Positions 24,656 to 34,435 of a DNA stretch of 64,000 bases are shown in pieces. The notes below the pieces were generated by a model, which did no database searches, was not told where the DNA came from, and saw nothing but the letters and a program-made list of their open reading frames with translations. Made by a program: the position numbers and the translations under genes. Origin of the DNA: a virus. The DNA lies in the IMG/VR virus record IMGVR_UViG_3300021437_000013, positions 1 to 64,000 of that record. The stretch is one strand, 5' to 3'. Each line of letters starts with the position of its first letter. The stretch's first letter is position 1.

Positions 24656-27600
24656 ATGTCAGATTTAAAATTAGTTAAGCTATTAAATCCAGCGGTAGTT
24701 GTAAACTCTAACGTTAAACCAACCGGTGCTTATTCTGCCATAGTAAATTATGGTATTGGTGATTCAGTAAGTTATACTAACGGTAATTCTTATATTTGTA
24801 TTTCCCCAATCTCTGGGGTAGTACCAACAAACACAACCTATTGGCAGTTATTAGCTCAACAAGGGGCTACGGGTGCAACTGGTGCTACGGGAGCCACAGG
24901 CGCAACTGGTTCTACTGGCGCAACTGGTTCAGCTGCTACTATCGCAGTAGGTACAACAACTACAGGTTCACCGGGTACTTCTGCAAGTGTAACTAACTCA
25001 GGTTCTTCAAGTGCCGCTACTTTCAATTTTACCATCCCTAGGGGCGATGTTGGGGCAACGGGAGCAGCCGGAGCGGCCGCCACAGTAGCAGTGGGAACAA
25101 CAACCACGGGAGCAGCTGGAACAAGTGCATCAGTTACCAATTCTGGTTCATCTTCCGCAGCTACATTTAACTTTACAATCCCAAGAGGTGACACTGGAGC
25201 AACGGGAGCTACTGGAGCAACAGGAGCAACAGGAACCGCAGCAACAATTGCAGTAGGAACAGTAACAACTGGTGCAGCAGGTTCAAGTGCTAGTATAACT
25301 AACTCAGGTTCATCATCAGCGGCAACATTTAACTTTACGATTCCTCGTGGTGACCCCGGTTCAAACACTCCAACGGATGCAGTATTTGCCGTTTTAGATG
25401 TTACTGACAATACAAAACAAGTAAAATTTGATGTAGCTGGAACTACAGGAACAACAACTACCATCTTAAGTTCACAAACTACAAATAAAACTATCACTTT
25501 ACCTGATGCCACTGACACATTAGTCGGTAAAGCTACAACAGATACATTAACCAATAAAACTTTAACTTCACCAGTTATAAACTCTCCAACTGGAATAACT
25601 AAATCCGATGTTGGTCTTAGTAATGTTGACAATACTTCTGACGCTACAAAGAACAGTGCTACGGCCACACTCACTAATAAGACTTTAACCTCTCCAATCA
25701 TAAGTACAATCAGTAACACGGGCACTTTAACGCTCCCAACAAGTACGGATACGCTCGTCGGACGTGCAACTACTGATACACTGACAAACAAAACCCTTAC
25801 TTCTCCTGTAATTAATTCACCTACGGGTATTACAAAATCCGACGTAGGACTTTCAAATGTAGACAACACCAGTGACGCAACAAAGAACGCTACAACTGCT
25901 ACGTTTACAAACAAATCTCTATCCGATTCTACTACGGCAATCGTTGATGTTACTGATGCAACAAAACAAATCAAGTTTGATGCAGCAGGTACTACCGCAA
26001 CAGCTACAACTATCCTTTCGTCTCAAACAGTTAATAGAACTATTACCCTCCCAGATGCTACAGATACACTTGTGGGTAAAGCAACTACGGATACATTAAC
26101 TAACAAGACTCTAACAAGTCCAGTAATCAATACTCCAACTGGTATTACTAAGTCAGACGTGGGATTATCTAACGTCGACAACACGTCAGATGCGACAAAG
26201 AATGCAGCAACTGCAACATTAACTAACAAAACACTTGATACAGCAACAAACACAATCACTGGATTAGCCAATACAAACATTAGTACATCTGCCGCTATAG
26301 CTCACTCTAAAATGGCAGCATTAACCGCTTCAAAAGTGGCAGTTACTGACGCATCAGGCTTTATTACTACAGCTACACCATCAACAACTGAAATAAATTA
26401 TGTAGCAGGTGTTACAAGTGCAATCCAAACACAAATAGATACTAAGGCTCCAATAGCTTCACCAACATTCACAGGTGTTCCAGCAGCTCCAACGGCTACC
26501 GCAGGAACAAATACAACACAAATTGCAACAACGGCATTTGTTACTTCCGCAGTTGCAGGGGCTACAGCTGGAGTTTCATCCTTTAATACAAGAACGGGCG
26601 CAGTAACATCGGCTAACGGTGATTACACGGCTACACAAATCACAAATACCCCATCAGGTAACATAACATCAACTACGGTTCAAGCGGCAATCAATGAAGC
26701 TCAGACGCACATTGATACTCACGTTGCAGGTACAGCAGTACATGGGGCAACTGGTGCGGTAATGGGTACAACTAATACCCAAACTGTAACAAATAAGACA
26801 TTCTTAGATACAACTACTATCATTGCAGATGTAACAGATAATACAAAACAGATTAAATTTGATGCTGCTGGTACTACTGCAACAAGTACAACAATATTAT
26901 CATCTCAAACTACAAATAAAACTTTAACTTTACCAGATATTACGGATACTTTAGTTACAAAAACAAGTACGGATACATTAACTAATAAGACGTTGACCAC
27001 TCCCATCATTTCTTCTATCTCAAACACAGGTACATTGACTTTACCAACGTCAACTGATACATTAATAGGTAGGGCAACTACTGATATACTTACTAATAAA
27101 TCATTAAGTGATACAACTACCGCAATAGTGGATGTTACTGATAACACTAAGCAGATTAAATTTGATGCCGCAGGTACAACGGCAACATCAACTACAATCA
27201 CGGGCTCTCAAACGGCTAATAGAGTGCTTACATTACCAGATGCAACTGATACATTGGTTGGTAAAGCTACAACGGATACATTAACAAACAAAACCCTTAC
27301 TTCTCCAGTTATTTCAACTATAGTTAATACGGGAACTTTAACTTTACCTACAATTACGGATACTTTAGTAGGTAGAACCACTACAGACACGTTAACTAAT
27401 AAAACATTAACTTCACCAGTCATTAGTACAATAGTAAATACTGGTACTTTGACACTTCCTACAGCTACAACTACACTAGTTGGTACTACAACTACAGATA
27501 CACTAACAAATAAAACACTTACGTCACCAGTAATATCGACAATTGTAAATACTGGTACGCTTACATTACCTACGTCAACAGATACATTAGTAGGTCGTGC

Positions 27601-28888
27601 TACAACTGATACATTAACGAATAAAACTTTAACATCTCCCGTTATTGGAACAATAGTAAACACTGGTACATTAACTTTACCAACGTCAACCGATACACTT
27701 GTTGGCCGTGCAACTACTGATACACTTACTAACAAGTCTTTATCTGATACTACTACTTCTATAGTAAACGTAACAGATGCTACTAAGAAAATCTTATTCA
27801 GTTCGGTTGGTACTACTGCAACTACAACAACAATTACAGCTTCACAAACAGCAAACAGAGTTATAACGCTCCCAGATGCCACTACAACGCTTGATGGTAT
27901 CAATAACGTAGCTACTCTTACTAACAAAACTCTTACTGCTCCCGTTATAGCTACAATTGTAAACACAGGTACTTTGACATTACCAACTATTACAGATACA
28001 TTAGTCGGAAGAACAACAACCGACACACTTACAAACAAAACTTTAACATCACCAGTAATAAGTACCATTGTCAATACGGGAACTTTAACCCTCCCAACAT
28101 CTACTGATACGTTAATTGGTAGAGCTACAACGGATACATTAACAAATAAGTCATTTTCAGATACAACTACTGCGGTAGTAGATGTAACTGATCCAACTAA
28201 GAAGATATTATTCGATGCTGCAGGTACTACGGGAACCACTACAACGCTACAAGCGGCTCAAACTGCTAACAGAGTCGTAACCTACCCAGATGCAACGGAT
28301 ACAATCGTAGCAAGAGCCACTACAGATACGTTAACTAATAAAACTATTTCAGGATTGTCAAATACAATCAATAATATTTCATTAACTACATCCGTTACAG
28401 GTGCATTACCTATAGCGAATGGTGGTACTGGACAAACTACAGCAGCAAATGCCTTTTCTGCACTATCTCCAACTACAAACCCGGGGGATATGATTTATGA
28501 AGGTGCCGTTGGTGTTGGTGTTATAGCATTACCAATAGGTACTACTGGACAAGTCTTAACTGTAGCAGGTGGTTTTCCAACTTGGGCAACTGCAACTGGT
28601 GGCGGCGGTACTGGCACAGCGGTATACAAAGTAATCCAATCTGTAGATTTTGGAGCTAATGACAATGATTATGTAACGGCCACAATATCCAATGCTAATG
28701 TATTATCCACTCATACCTTTTCGTTTAGTGTTGAACGTGATCCTTTAGACGGGGATTATGAGGACGCAATACTTGAAACTATCCACGTTTCAAAGGGAGC
28801 AGTAGTAAATAATACAAGTTTTGATATCCATGTTCATGCACCAGAGATGACTTGGGGTAGATATAATATTCATTGCACGTTTCTATAA
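24656..28888 (+). CDS. long fibre protein 1 (collagen-like GxT repeats plus TDTLTNKTL repeats)
   Basis: N-terminal CBM-like YGIGDSVSY...YW module, GAT triplets, three SSSAATFNFTIPRGD units, about 20 TLTNK units and LPIANGGTG. Confidence 0.85.
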   Translation: MSDLKLVKLLNPAVVVNSNVKPTGAYSAIVNYGIGDSVSYTNGNSYICISPISGVVPTNTTYWQLLAQQGATGATGATGATGATGSTGATGSAATIAVGTTTTGSPGTSASVTNSGSSSAATFNFTIPRGDVGATGAAGAAATVAVGTTTTGAAGTSASVTNSGSSSAATFNFTIPRGDTGATGATGATGATGTAATIAVGTVTTGAAGSSASITNSGSSSAATFNFTIPRGDPGSNTPTDAVFAVLDVTDNTKQVKFDVAGTTGTTTTILSSQTTNKTITLPDATDTLVGKATTDTLTNKTLTSPVINSPTGITKSDVGLSNVDNTSDATKNSATATLTNKTLTSPIISTISNTGTLTLPTSTDTLVGRATTDTLTNKTLTSPVINSPTGITKSDVGLSNVDNTSDATKNATTATFTNKSLSDSTTAIVDVTDATKQIKFDAAGTTATATTILSSQTVNRTITLPDATDTLVGKATTDTLTNKTLTSPVINTPTGITKSDVGLSNVDNTSDATKNAATATLTNKTLDTATNTITGLANTNISTSAAIAHSKMAALTASKVAVTDASGFITTATPSTTEINYVAGVTSAIQTQIDTKAPIASPTFTGVPAAPTATAGTNTTQIATTAFVTSAVAGATAGVSSFNTRTGAVTSANGDYTATQITNTPSGNITSTTVQAAINEAQTHIDTHVAGTAVHGATGAVMGTTNTQTVTNKTFLDTTTIIADVTDNTKQIKFDAAGTTATSTTILSSQTTNKTLTLPDITDTLVTKTSTDTLTNKTLTTPIISSISNTGTLTLPTSTDTLIGRATTDILTNKSLSDTTTAIVDVTDNTKQIKFDAAGTTATSTTITGSQTANRVLTLPDATDTLVGKATTDTLTNKTLTSPVISTIVNTGTLTLPTITDTLVGRTTTDTLTNKTLTSPVISTIVNTGTLTLPTATTTLVGTTTTDTLTNKTLTSPVISTIVNTGTLTLPTSTDTLVGRATTDTLTNKTLTSPVIGTIVNTGTLTLPTSTDTLVGRATTDTLTNKSLSDTTTSIVNVTDATKKILFSSVGTTATTTTITASQTANRVITLPDATTTLDGINNVATLTNKTLTAPVIATIVNTGTLTLPTITDTLVGRTTTDTLTNKTLTSPVISTIVNTGTLTLPTSTDTLIGRATTDTLTNKSFSDTTTAVVDVTDPTKKILFDAAGTTGTTTTLQAAQTANRVVTYPDATDTIVARATTDTLTNKTISGLSNTINNISLTTSVTGALPIANGGTGQTTAANAFSALSPTTNPGDMIYEGAVGVGVIALPIGTTGQVLTVAGGFPTWATATGGGGTGTAVYKVIQSVDFGANDNDYVTATISNANVLSTHTFSFSVERDPLDGDYEDAILETIHVSKGAVVNNTSFDIHVHAPEMTWGRYNIHCTFL

Positions 28889-28889
28889 A

Positions 28890-28898
28890 TAACAACTA
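28890..28898 (+). promoter_or_regulatory. late promoter motif TAACAACTA
   Basis: Exact motif upstream of AAGGAG and the ATG at 28924. Confidence 0.8.
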
Positions 28899-28923
28899 AG
28901 AGTATAAATAAGGAGATAATAAT

Positions 28924-30354
28924 ATGTCAATTAAAATTAAAGGTACAGCGAATACCGCAGAAGTAGACTCGTTTAGTCAGTTACAAGTAAATCTTCCCCT
29001 AACAGAAGCTAATGAGGGGTATGTATCATGCTCAGTTACCAATGATGATGGTACTATTACTGGTGCAAGATATGTAAAATCAATGGAAGTATCTGATGAC
29101 TTTAGATTACAAGTTGGTTCATCGTCAATGATATTCGATTCTAACTTTCCCGGTTCAGCAATCAATACTACTATTTGGCAAACTTCACTTACTACAATGA
29201 CTAACACTGTAACTAATGGTTTTTCAGTATTAAATGCCGGTGCTTCGGTTGCATCTGGTGCTATCGCTTTACAACGTACTTATAGACACTTTCCAGTATT
29301 TAAACAGGCAACAATGCGTGTTGAAATGGAATGTCAATTTGCTCAGTTACCACAAGCAAACAACGTAACGGAATGGGGTATGGGAATTGCCGCCGCCGCC
29401 GCCGCCGCCCCAACCGATGGAGCATTTTTCAGATTAACTTCTGCAGCCACTTTTGTTTGTGTTCTTAACTATAATGGTACGGAAACAGTTTCATCTACTT
29501 TTAACTTTTCAACTCTAGTAGGTACTAACATATCTCGTTCATTTTTAATTTATATTAACGCAGAGGCCGTAAGTTTTTGGATTGAAAACGTCTTAATTGC
29601 AGAAATCAATATTCCAGCAGGTCAGGCAGCTCCAACATCATCACAAAACTTACCATTATTTTTCCGTACATATAACTCTGCAGCTACAACATTAGCACAG
29701 ATTATTAAAGTTGGTAACTGTTCAATTCAGAAATCAGACTTTGATACAAATAAACCGTGGGGATATACAATTTCAGGTATTAGCGGTCATGCTACTCAAG
29801 GACAAACTGGCGGTACTCTAGGTTCTACTGCAATTTATACTAACGCCGCCGCAGCAGCCGCCGCAGCTTTAACAAACACAACTGCAGCAGCAGCAAATAC
29901 CGGTTTAGGTGGTATTATTAACGTAATTCCATCTTTGGCAGTAGGTACTGACGGTATTTTATGTTCTTACCAAGTACCCTTGGGTACTGCTACACTTCCG
30001 GGTAAATCTTTATATATTACTGGGGTATCAATAGACGGCGCAGTAACTGCTGCTTTAACTGGAGGACCCGGCCCAATTGCACATTCTATAGCATATGGAC
30101 ATACTGCAGTATCTCTTGCTACAACTGAATCAGCAACAACAAAAGCACCAAGACGTGTACCAATAGGTATGCAAACTTTCCCGGTTACTGCTGCAATAGG
30201 TACTTTAGGAGTTAGATTACAAGATGACTATACATCAGCTCCAATATACGTTCAACCGGGTGAATTTATACAAATAACATGGAGACAGTTAGGAACTGCG
30301 TTTACAGCTGGAACGATTACCTATGTAGTAACTTTAACTGGGTTTTGGGAATAA
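28924..30354 (+). CDS. virion structural protein (beta-sandwich rich)
   Basis: 476 aa, T/A/S/G-rich, in the late region. Confidence 0.65.
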   Translation: MSIKIKGTANTAEVDSFSQLQVNLPLTEANEGYVSCSVTNDDGTITGARYVKSMEVSDDFRLQVGSSSMIFDSNFPGSAINTTIWQTSLTTMTNTVTNGFSVLNAGASVASGAIALQRTYRHFPVFKQATMRVEMECQFAQLPQANNVTEWGMGIAAAAAAAPTDGAFFRLTSAATFVCVLNYNGTETVSSTFNFSTLVGTNISRSFLIYINAEAVSFWIENVLIAEINIPAGQAAPTSSQNLPLFFRTYNSAATTLAQIIKVGNCSIQKSDFDTNKPWGYTISGISGHATQGQTGGTLGSTAIYTNAAAAAAAALTNTTAAAANTGLGGIINVIPSLAVGTDGILCSYQVPLGTATLPGKSLYITGVSIDGAVTAALTGGPGPIAHSIAYGHTAVSLATTESATTKAPRRVPIGMQTFPVTAAIGTLGVRLQDDYTSAPIYVQPGEFIQITWRQLGTAFTAGTITYVVTLTGFWE

Positions 30355-30359
30355 AATAT

Positions 30360-30971
30360 ATGTCAGTAGTAAACACTTCTTTTAGTAACATAAAGAACTT
30401 AATAACTCAAAAAAATTTATTAGTTCAGTATGTTCAAAATTTAGACCAATATCATGTTCGTATATTTGATGGATTATTCATCCTTTCTTGTGATATAGCG
30501 ATAAGTGCAGATAACCCAGAATGTGTTGATTTTGAAACTAACTACAAGGCTTCTGCTAATAAGTCATTATACCAATTAGGACAACAACCATTTGCATCTA
30601 AGCAGATTGGTAGCAAGAAACTTTATAAGCGTGTCCATGGGGTTAAAAATGACCTTATACAAGGTGATAATGTGATAGTGTTTACTATCCCCTACGCATG
30701 GGCTAAAATAAATGGAATAGAGCTTGTCGGAGGTGAAAACCTTGATGCGGTATCTCTGGCCGTATTAGATTCAGCTACAGGAGCATACTCTACAATACCA
30801 AACTTACAGTTAAATCAATTTGGATTCCAGATTAACGTTAGTAAAGATTACTATCAGTTTAAAAGTGAATTTGATGCTGATTTATATCTTGGTATGCAGG
30901 TTAAGATTACATATACGTCCTTAAGTGCTAAGAATATCGGTATAAACTTTATACTAAATGAGTTAAAATGA
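30360..30971 (+). CDS. putative structural protein
   Basis: Probable start MSVVN just after the upstream stop. Confidence 0.6.
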   Translation: MSVVNTSFSNIKNLITQKNLLVQYVQNLDQYHVRIFDGLFILSCDIAISADNPECVDFETNYKASANKSLYQLGQQPFASKQIGSKKLYKRVHGVKNDLIQGDNVIVFTIPYAWAKINGIELVGGENLDAVSLAVLDSATGAYSTIPNLQLNQFGFQINVSKDYYQFKSEFDADLYLGMQVKITYTSLSAKNIGINFILNELK

Positions 30972-31396
30972 TTATTGCAACATCAAAACCTAACAAATTT
31001 AAGATTGGTGCTTGGCTTATAACTGTCTATCAAAAGACGACATATAGCCATGTTCTAATTATAGACAAAGATTTAGTATTCCAAGCAAGTCATGGGATGG
31101 TAAATTGTATGTATATAGATAATTTCTTAGCAGATAATACCATCATTGATAAGTTTGAGGTTCCTGACAGTGCTGTTGATATGGAATTTGTTAAGAAGAA
31201 ACTTGGTATAGGATACAGCTACAAAGAAATATTCGCTCTGGCCGTGAAGTTTGTAACAGGTATTAAACTGTTTAGTAATCATTCAGACCCTAAGTTTATA
31301 TGCTCAGAGTTTGTCGGAGATGCTTTGCATATCGGTTGGTGTAATGACTACACGACACCAAAAGAAATAGCTACATATTTAAGGAGTTTAAAATGA
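30968..31396 (+). CDS. permuted papain-like NlpC/P60 (YiiX/YaeF-type) amidase
   Basis: His motif YSHVLI precedes LGIGYSY and the Cys motif FICSEFV. Confidence 0.8.
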   Translation: MIIATSKPNKFKIGAWLITVYQKTTYSHVLIIDKDLVFQASHGMVNCMYIDNFLADNTIIDKFEVPDSAVDMEFVKKKLGIGYSYKEIFALAVKFVTGIKLFSNHSDPKFICSEFVGDALHIGWCNDYTTPKEIATYLRSLK

Positions 31397-31692
31397 ATAA
31401 TTTAATTGCTTGGTTTAAAAATAAGATGCAGGAGTATAATCAATCTGGTATTCCTATTATATTAATCAAAGATAATGCTACTGGTAAAGGTTCAGTATCT
31501 TTAACGCTATTATTTATCTCTTCTATATACGTTCAAGTAAGCTTATTAAACAAGTATACTGGTACAGGTAAAGGGGTAGACCCTGCCAATGCTTTTGAAT
31601 GGTTTTTAGCAACGAGTGGATTATATTTTGGAAGAAGTTTGTCAAAAAAGGTTCAAAGTATCCCAGAACAGAACAAACCAGAGGATAAGTAA
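31393..31692 (+). CDS. holin-like membrane protein
   Basis: Two hydrophobic segments and GLYFGR followed by a charged tail. Confidence 0.5.
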   Translation: MNNLIAWFKNKMQEYNQSGIPIILIKDNATGKGSVSLTLLFISSIYVQVSLLNKYTGTGKGVDPANAFEWFLATSGLYFGRSLSKKVQSIPEQNKPEDK

Positions 31693-31850
31693 TGGCTCGT
31701 TTTATTGCAAAACTACCAAATACCCCTAAAGATGTGGCTAGAAAGCAAGCAATTCACACCACAAAACACTTAAAACGCTTCAAAATAGCGTTTATAATCA
31801 GTATTTTACTTAATATTGGGTTACTTAGCAAGATTTTTAAGGTTTTTTAA
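31692..31850 (+). CDS. 52-aa basic membrane peptide (not in ORF track)
   Basis: MARFIAKLPN...RFKIAFIISILLNIGLLSKIFKVF, coupled by TAATG. Confidence 0.55.
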   Translation: MARFIAKLPNTPKDVARKQAIHTTKHLKRFKIAFIISILLNIGLLSKIFKVF

Positions 31851-31856
31851 CAACTA
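31848..31856 (+). promoter_or_regulatory. late promoter motif TAACAACTA
   Basis: Exact motif heading the scaffold/capsid unit. Confidence 0.8.
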
Positions 31857-31940
31857 GAACCGTACCATTGTGTGCATACTCTACCTTTTGGCGAGTAAAT
31901 GAAACGCTATCCTTAACAGGACGCAAAAAGAAGGTTTTAA

Positions 31941-32870
31941 ATGGAAAATAGTAATGAAAGTTCTGCCCCAGTAGCAGAAGTAAGTGAGAATGTTGAATCT
32001 CCAGTTGATTCTAGCATAGAAAATGCAGAGAGTCAACCAGAAGCAGCAAAAGAAGCTGTAATTGAAGCTAAAAAGAGAATTAAGCAATTGAAGCTTAAAT
32101 TTAATGGTAAGGAATCAGTAGAGGATTTACCGTTTGAGATAGATGATGACCCTAAAGCTATTGAATATATGACTAAGCAATTGCAAATGGCAAAGCTTGG
32201 ACAGTCAAAAGCTCAAGAGTTTAGTAAGTTGGAATCAGATGTATCTGCTTTCTTAAAAGAGTTAAAGAGTAACCCAAGAAAAGCATTATCTAATCCGGCC
32301 ATTGGTGTTGATGTTAAGAAATTTGCAGCTGAGATACTTGAGGAAGAGATTAGACAATCTCAAAAGACTCCAGAGCAGATTAAATTAGAAGAATACGAAG
32401 CTGAATTAAAAGCTTTAAAAGAAGAAAAAGAAAATAACGAGAAGACAGCAAAGCAAAAAGAATATGACAATTTAGTACAACAAGAATATGCAAGACTTGA
32501 TACACAAATTGCCGCTGCTATTGAGAAGACAGACCTACCAAGAAGCCCATATGTCGTAAGTAAGATTACTGACTATATGATTATGGCTTTACAAAGTGGT
32601 AAGGATGTTCCAGTAGAAAGCATCGTATCTTTAGCAAAAGAAGAGATACTTGATGATATTAAGCAGATGTTTGGTGCTATGCCCGCAGAAACTATTGAGG
32701 CTATTTTAGGTAAAGAAACATTAACTAAAGTAAGAAAGAATAAGATAGCGGCCGCAAAGAACCCACCACAACCGCTTAATTCAGCAATTAAAGAAGTTGC
32801 TGGTGCAAGCAGAGCGGCTTCAAGTAAGGCAGAAGAGAAAGTAAGTTTTAGGGATTTCTTTAAGTTATAA
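31941..32870 (+). CDS. capsid scaffolding protein
   Basis: Acidic N-terminus, KLKFNGKE...L motif, coiled coil, immediately upstream of the capsid gene. Confidence 0.75.
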   Translation: MENSNESSAPVAEVSENVESPVDSSIENAESQPEAAKEAVIEAKKRIKQLKLKFNGKESVEDLPFEIDDDPKAIEYMTKQLQMAKLGQSKAQEFSKLESDVSAFLKELKSNPRKALSNPAIGVDVKKFAAEILEEEIRQSQKTPEQIKLEEYEAELKALKEEKENNEKTAKQKEYDNLVQQEYARLDTQIAAAIEKTDLPRSPYVVSKITDYMIMALQSGKDVPVESIVSLAKEEILDDIKQMFGAMPAETIEAILGKETLTKVRKNKIAAAKNPPQPLNSAIKEVAGASRAASSKAEEKVSFRDFFKL

Positions 32871-33061
32871 GTTTTCGATTGTTTTAAGGGTGTTTCGGAG
32901 TAGTTTAATGACGTTGCCTATCCAATTGGACGGCAAACTATCAAAGAAAGAAAAAGAAATGCAGTATAAAAAACATGAGAGAGTAACAAAGTCCATGCTT
33001 AGTGTGGATTAAATAAAAAAATTATAGTGTGACTCACTCAAAACGTCAATAGGAGATATTT

Positions 33062-34327
33062 ATGGCAGCAGCAGCAGGAAGTAACCAATTTGGTGATTTA
33101 CAAAACACGGTTGGTAACTTAAACGGTTTTTTCAAAGATTTATATGCGGATAAACTACACACAGTTATTCCAGAAGGGTTTTATTTATTAAAAAACCTTA
33201 ACTTTTCTGAAAAAGAAAGACTAGGGAACATGTTTAACTGTCCAGTTATTACTGGATTGGAAAACGGGTTAACTTATGCTTCATCTATTGAAGATGCTTT
33301 TGCTCTTAACGGTGCATCAGCTGGTAAAACTCAAAACGCACAAGTAAAAGGTGCTCCAATTGTTATTCAAGGTACTCTTGGATATTTGGCAGCAGCTCGT
33401 GCCGCTAACGGTAAATCTGCATTTATGGACGCAACTAAATACTTAGTAGCTTCTTTAATGAAGTCTTTATCAAAAGCAATCGAATTAACAATTCTTTACG
33501 GACAATCAGGATTAGCAACTATTGGTTCAGTATCTGGTGCAGTAATAACTGTATCTGCAGCTTCATGGGCTACTGGTATTTGGATTGGTTGTGAAGGTAT
33601 GAAACTTGATATCTATTCAAGTGCAGGTGTTTTAAGAAACGGTGCTTCTACTCCAGTTACAATCGTATCTGTAGATTTAGATGCTCACACTATCACAACT
33701 GATACCACTCTTTCTTCAATCAGTGCAGTAGCTACTGATATTGTATTCCCATACCACGCTAAAACTAAACAAGCTCAAGGTATCGTATCAATCCTTTCTC
33801 AAACTTCTGGTTCATTATTTGGTATTGATCAAACAGCTAACTCAATCTTCAAAGGTTCTTCTTATGATGCTGGTGGAGCTGCTTTATCTTTCAATAAGAT
33901 AGTATCTGCTGCCGCTGTAGTAGCTGCTAAAGGTAAAGAAGGGAAATTAACAGTTCTTCTTTCTCCAAAAACTTGGGCTAACATTAACTCTGATCAAGCT
34001 GCTTTAAGAAAGTATGATGCTTCTTATTCAGAATCAGAAGCTAAAAATGGTGTTAAGGCTATTAAATTTTACTCTCAAACTGGGGAAATTGAATTAATTC
34101 CTTATATCTATATGAAAGAAGGTATGGCTCTTATGTTGTCTCTTGAAGATTTCTCAAGAGTAGGTTCTACAGATATTACTTTTAACCGTCCGGGTATGGG
34201 TAATCAACAATTTTTCCGTGATTTAGATCAATCAGCAGGATATGAATTAAGAGCGCTTTCGGATCAAGCGGTGTTTACGACTTCGCCAGCTCACTCTTTA
34301 ATCATCTCTAATATCGTAAACAGCTAA
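33062..34327 (+). CDS. major capsid protein
   Basis: 421 aa after the scaffold, with highly biased codons, a strong RBS and a terminator. N-terminal LNGFFKDLYAD and ILYGQSG are typical of HK97-fold capsids. Confidence 0.85.
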   Translation: MAAAAGSNQFGDLQNTVGNLNGFFKDLYADKLHTVIPEGFYLLKNLNFSEKERLGNMFNCPVITGLENGLTYASSIEDAFALNGASAGKTQNAQVKGAPIVIQGTLGYLAAARAANGKSAFMDATKYLVASLMKSLSKAIELTILYGQSGLATIGSVSGAVITVSAASWATGIWIGCEGMKLDIYSSAGVLRNGASTPVTIVSVDLDAHTITTDTTLSSISAVATDIVFPYHAKTKQAQGIVSILSQTSGSLFGIDQTANSIFKGSSYDAGGAALSFNKIVSAAAVVAAKGKEGKLTVLLSPKTWANINSDQAALRKYDASYSESEAKNGVKAIKFYSQTGEIELIPYIYMKEGMALMLSLEDFSRVGSTDITFNRPGMGNQQFFRDLDQSAGYELRALSDQAVFTTSPAHSLIISNIVNS

Positions 34328-34350
34328 TTTTACTAACTTTTCTCTTATCA

Positions 34351-34375
34351 GGGGAGCTATTCAGCTCCCTTTTTT
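34351..34375 (+). terminator. Rho-independent terminator
   Basis: GGGAGCT-ATTC-AGCTCCC followed by T6. Confidence 0.9.
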
Positions 34376-34400
34376 ATTTTAATCAAATTACATTTAATCA

Positions 34401-34429
34401 TTGCTTAGTCACACAACCCATGTTATATT
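34401..34429 (+). promoter_or_regulatory. sigma70-type promoter for the inserted endonuclease gene
   Basis: TTGCTT-17 (ending TGT)-TATATT, 6 nt before the ATG at 34436. Confidence 0.6.
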
Positions 34430-34435
34430 ACTTGT

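Noticed and set aside
24856-28239. Long antisense ORFs (372 aa, 343 aa and others) within the fibre genes
   Set aside because: These are shadow frames of Thr/Ala/Gly-rich repetitive coding sequence. The same applies to those at 37336-40137 and 45320-48115.
31857-31940. Hammerhead ribozyme in the scaffold leader
   Set aside because: GAAAC is present but the CUGANGA core is absent.
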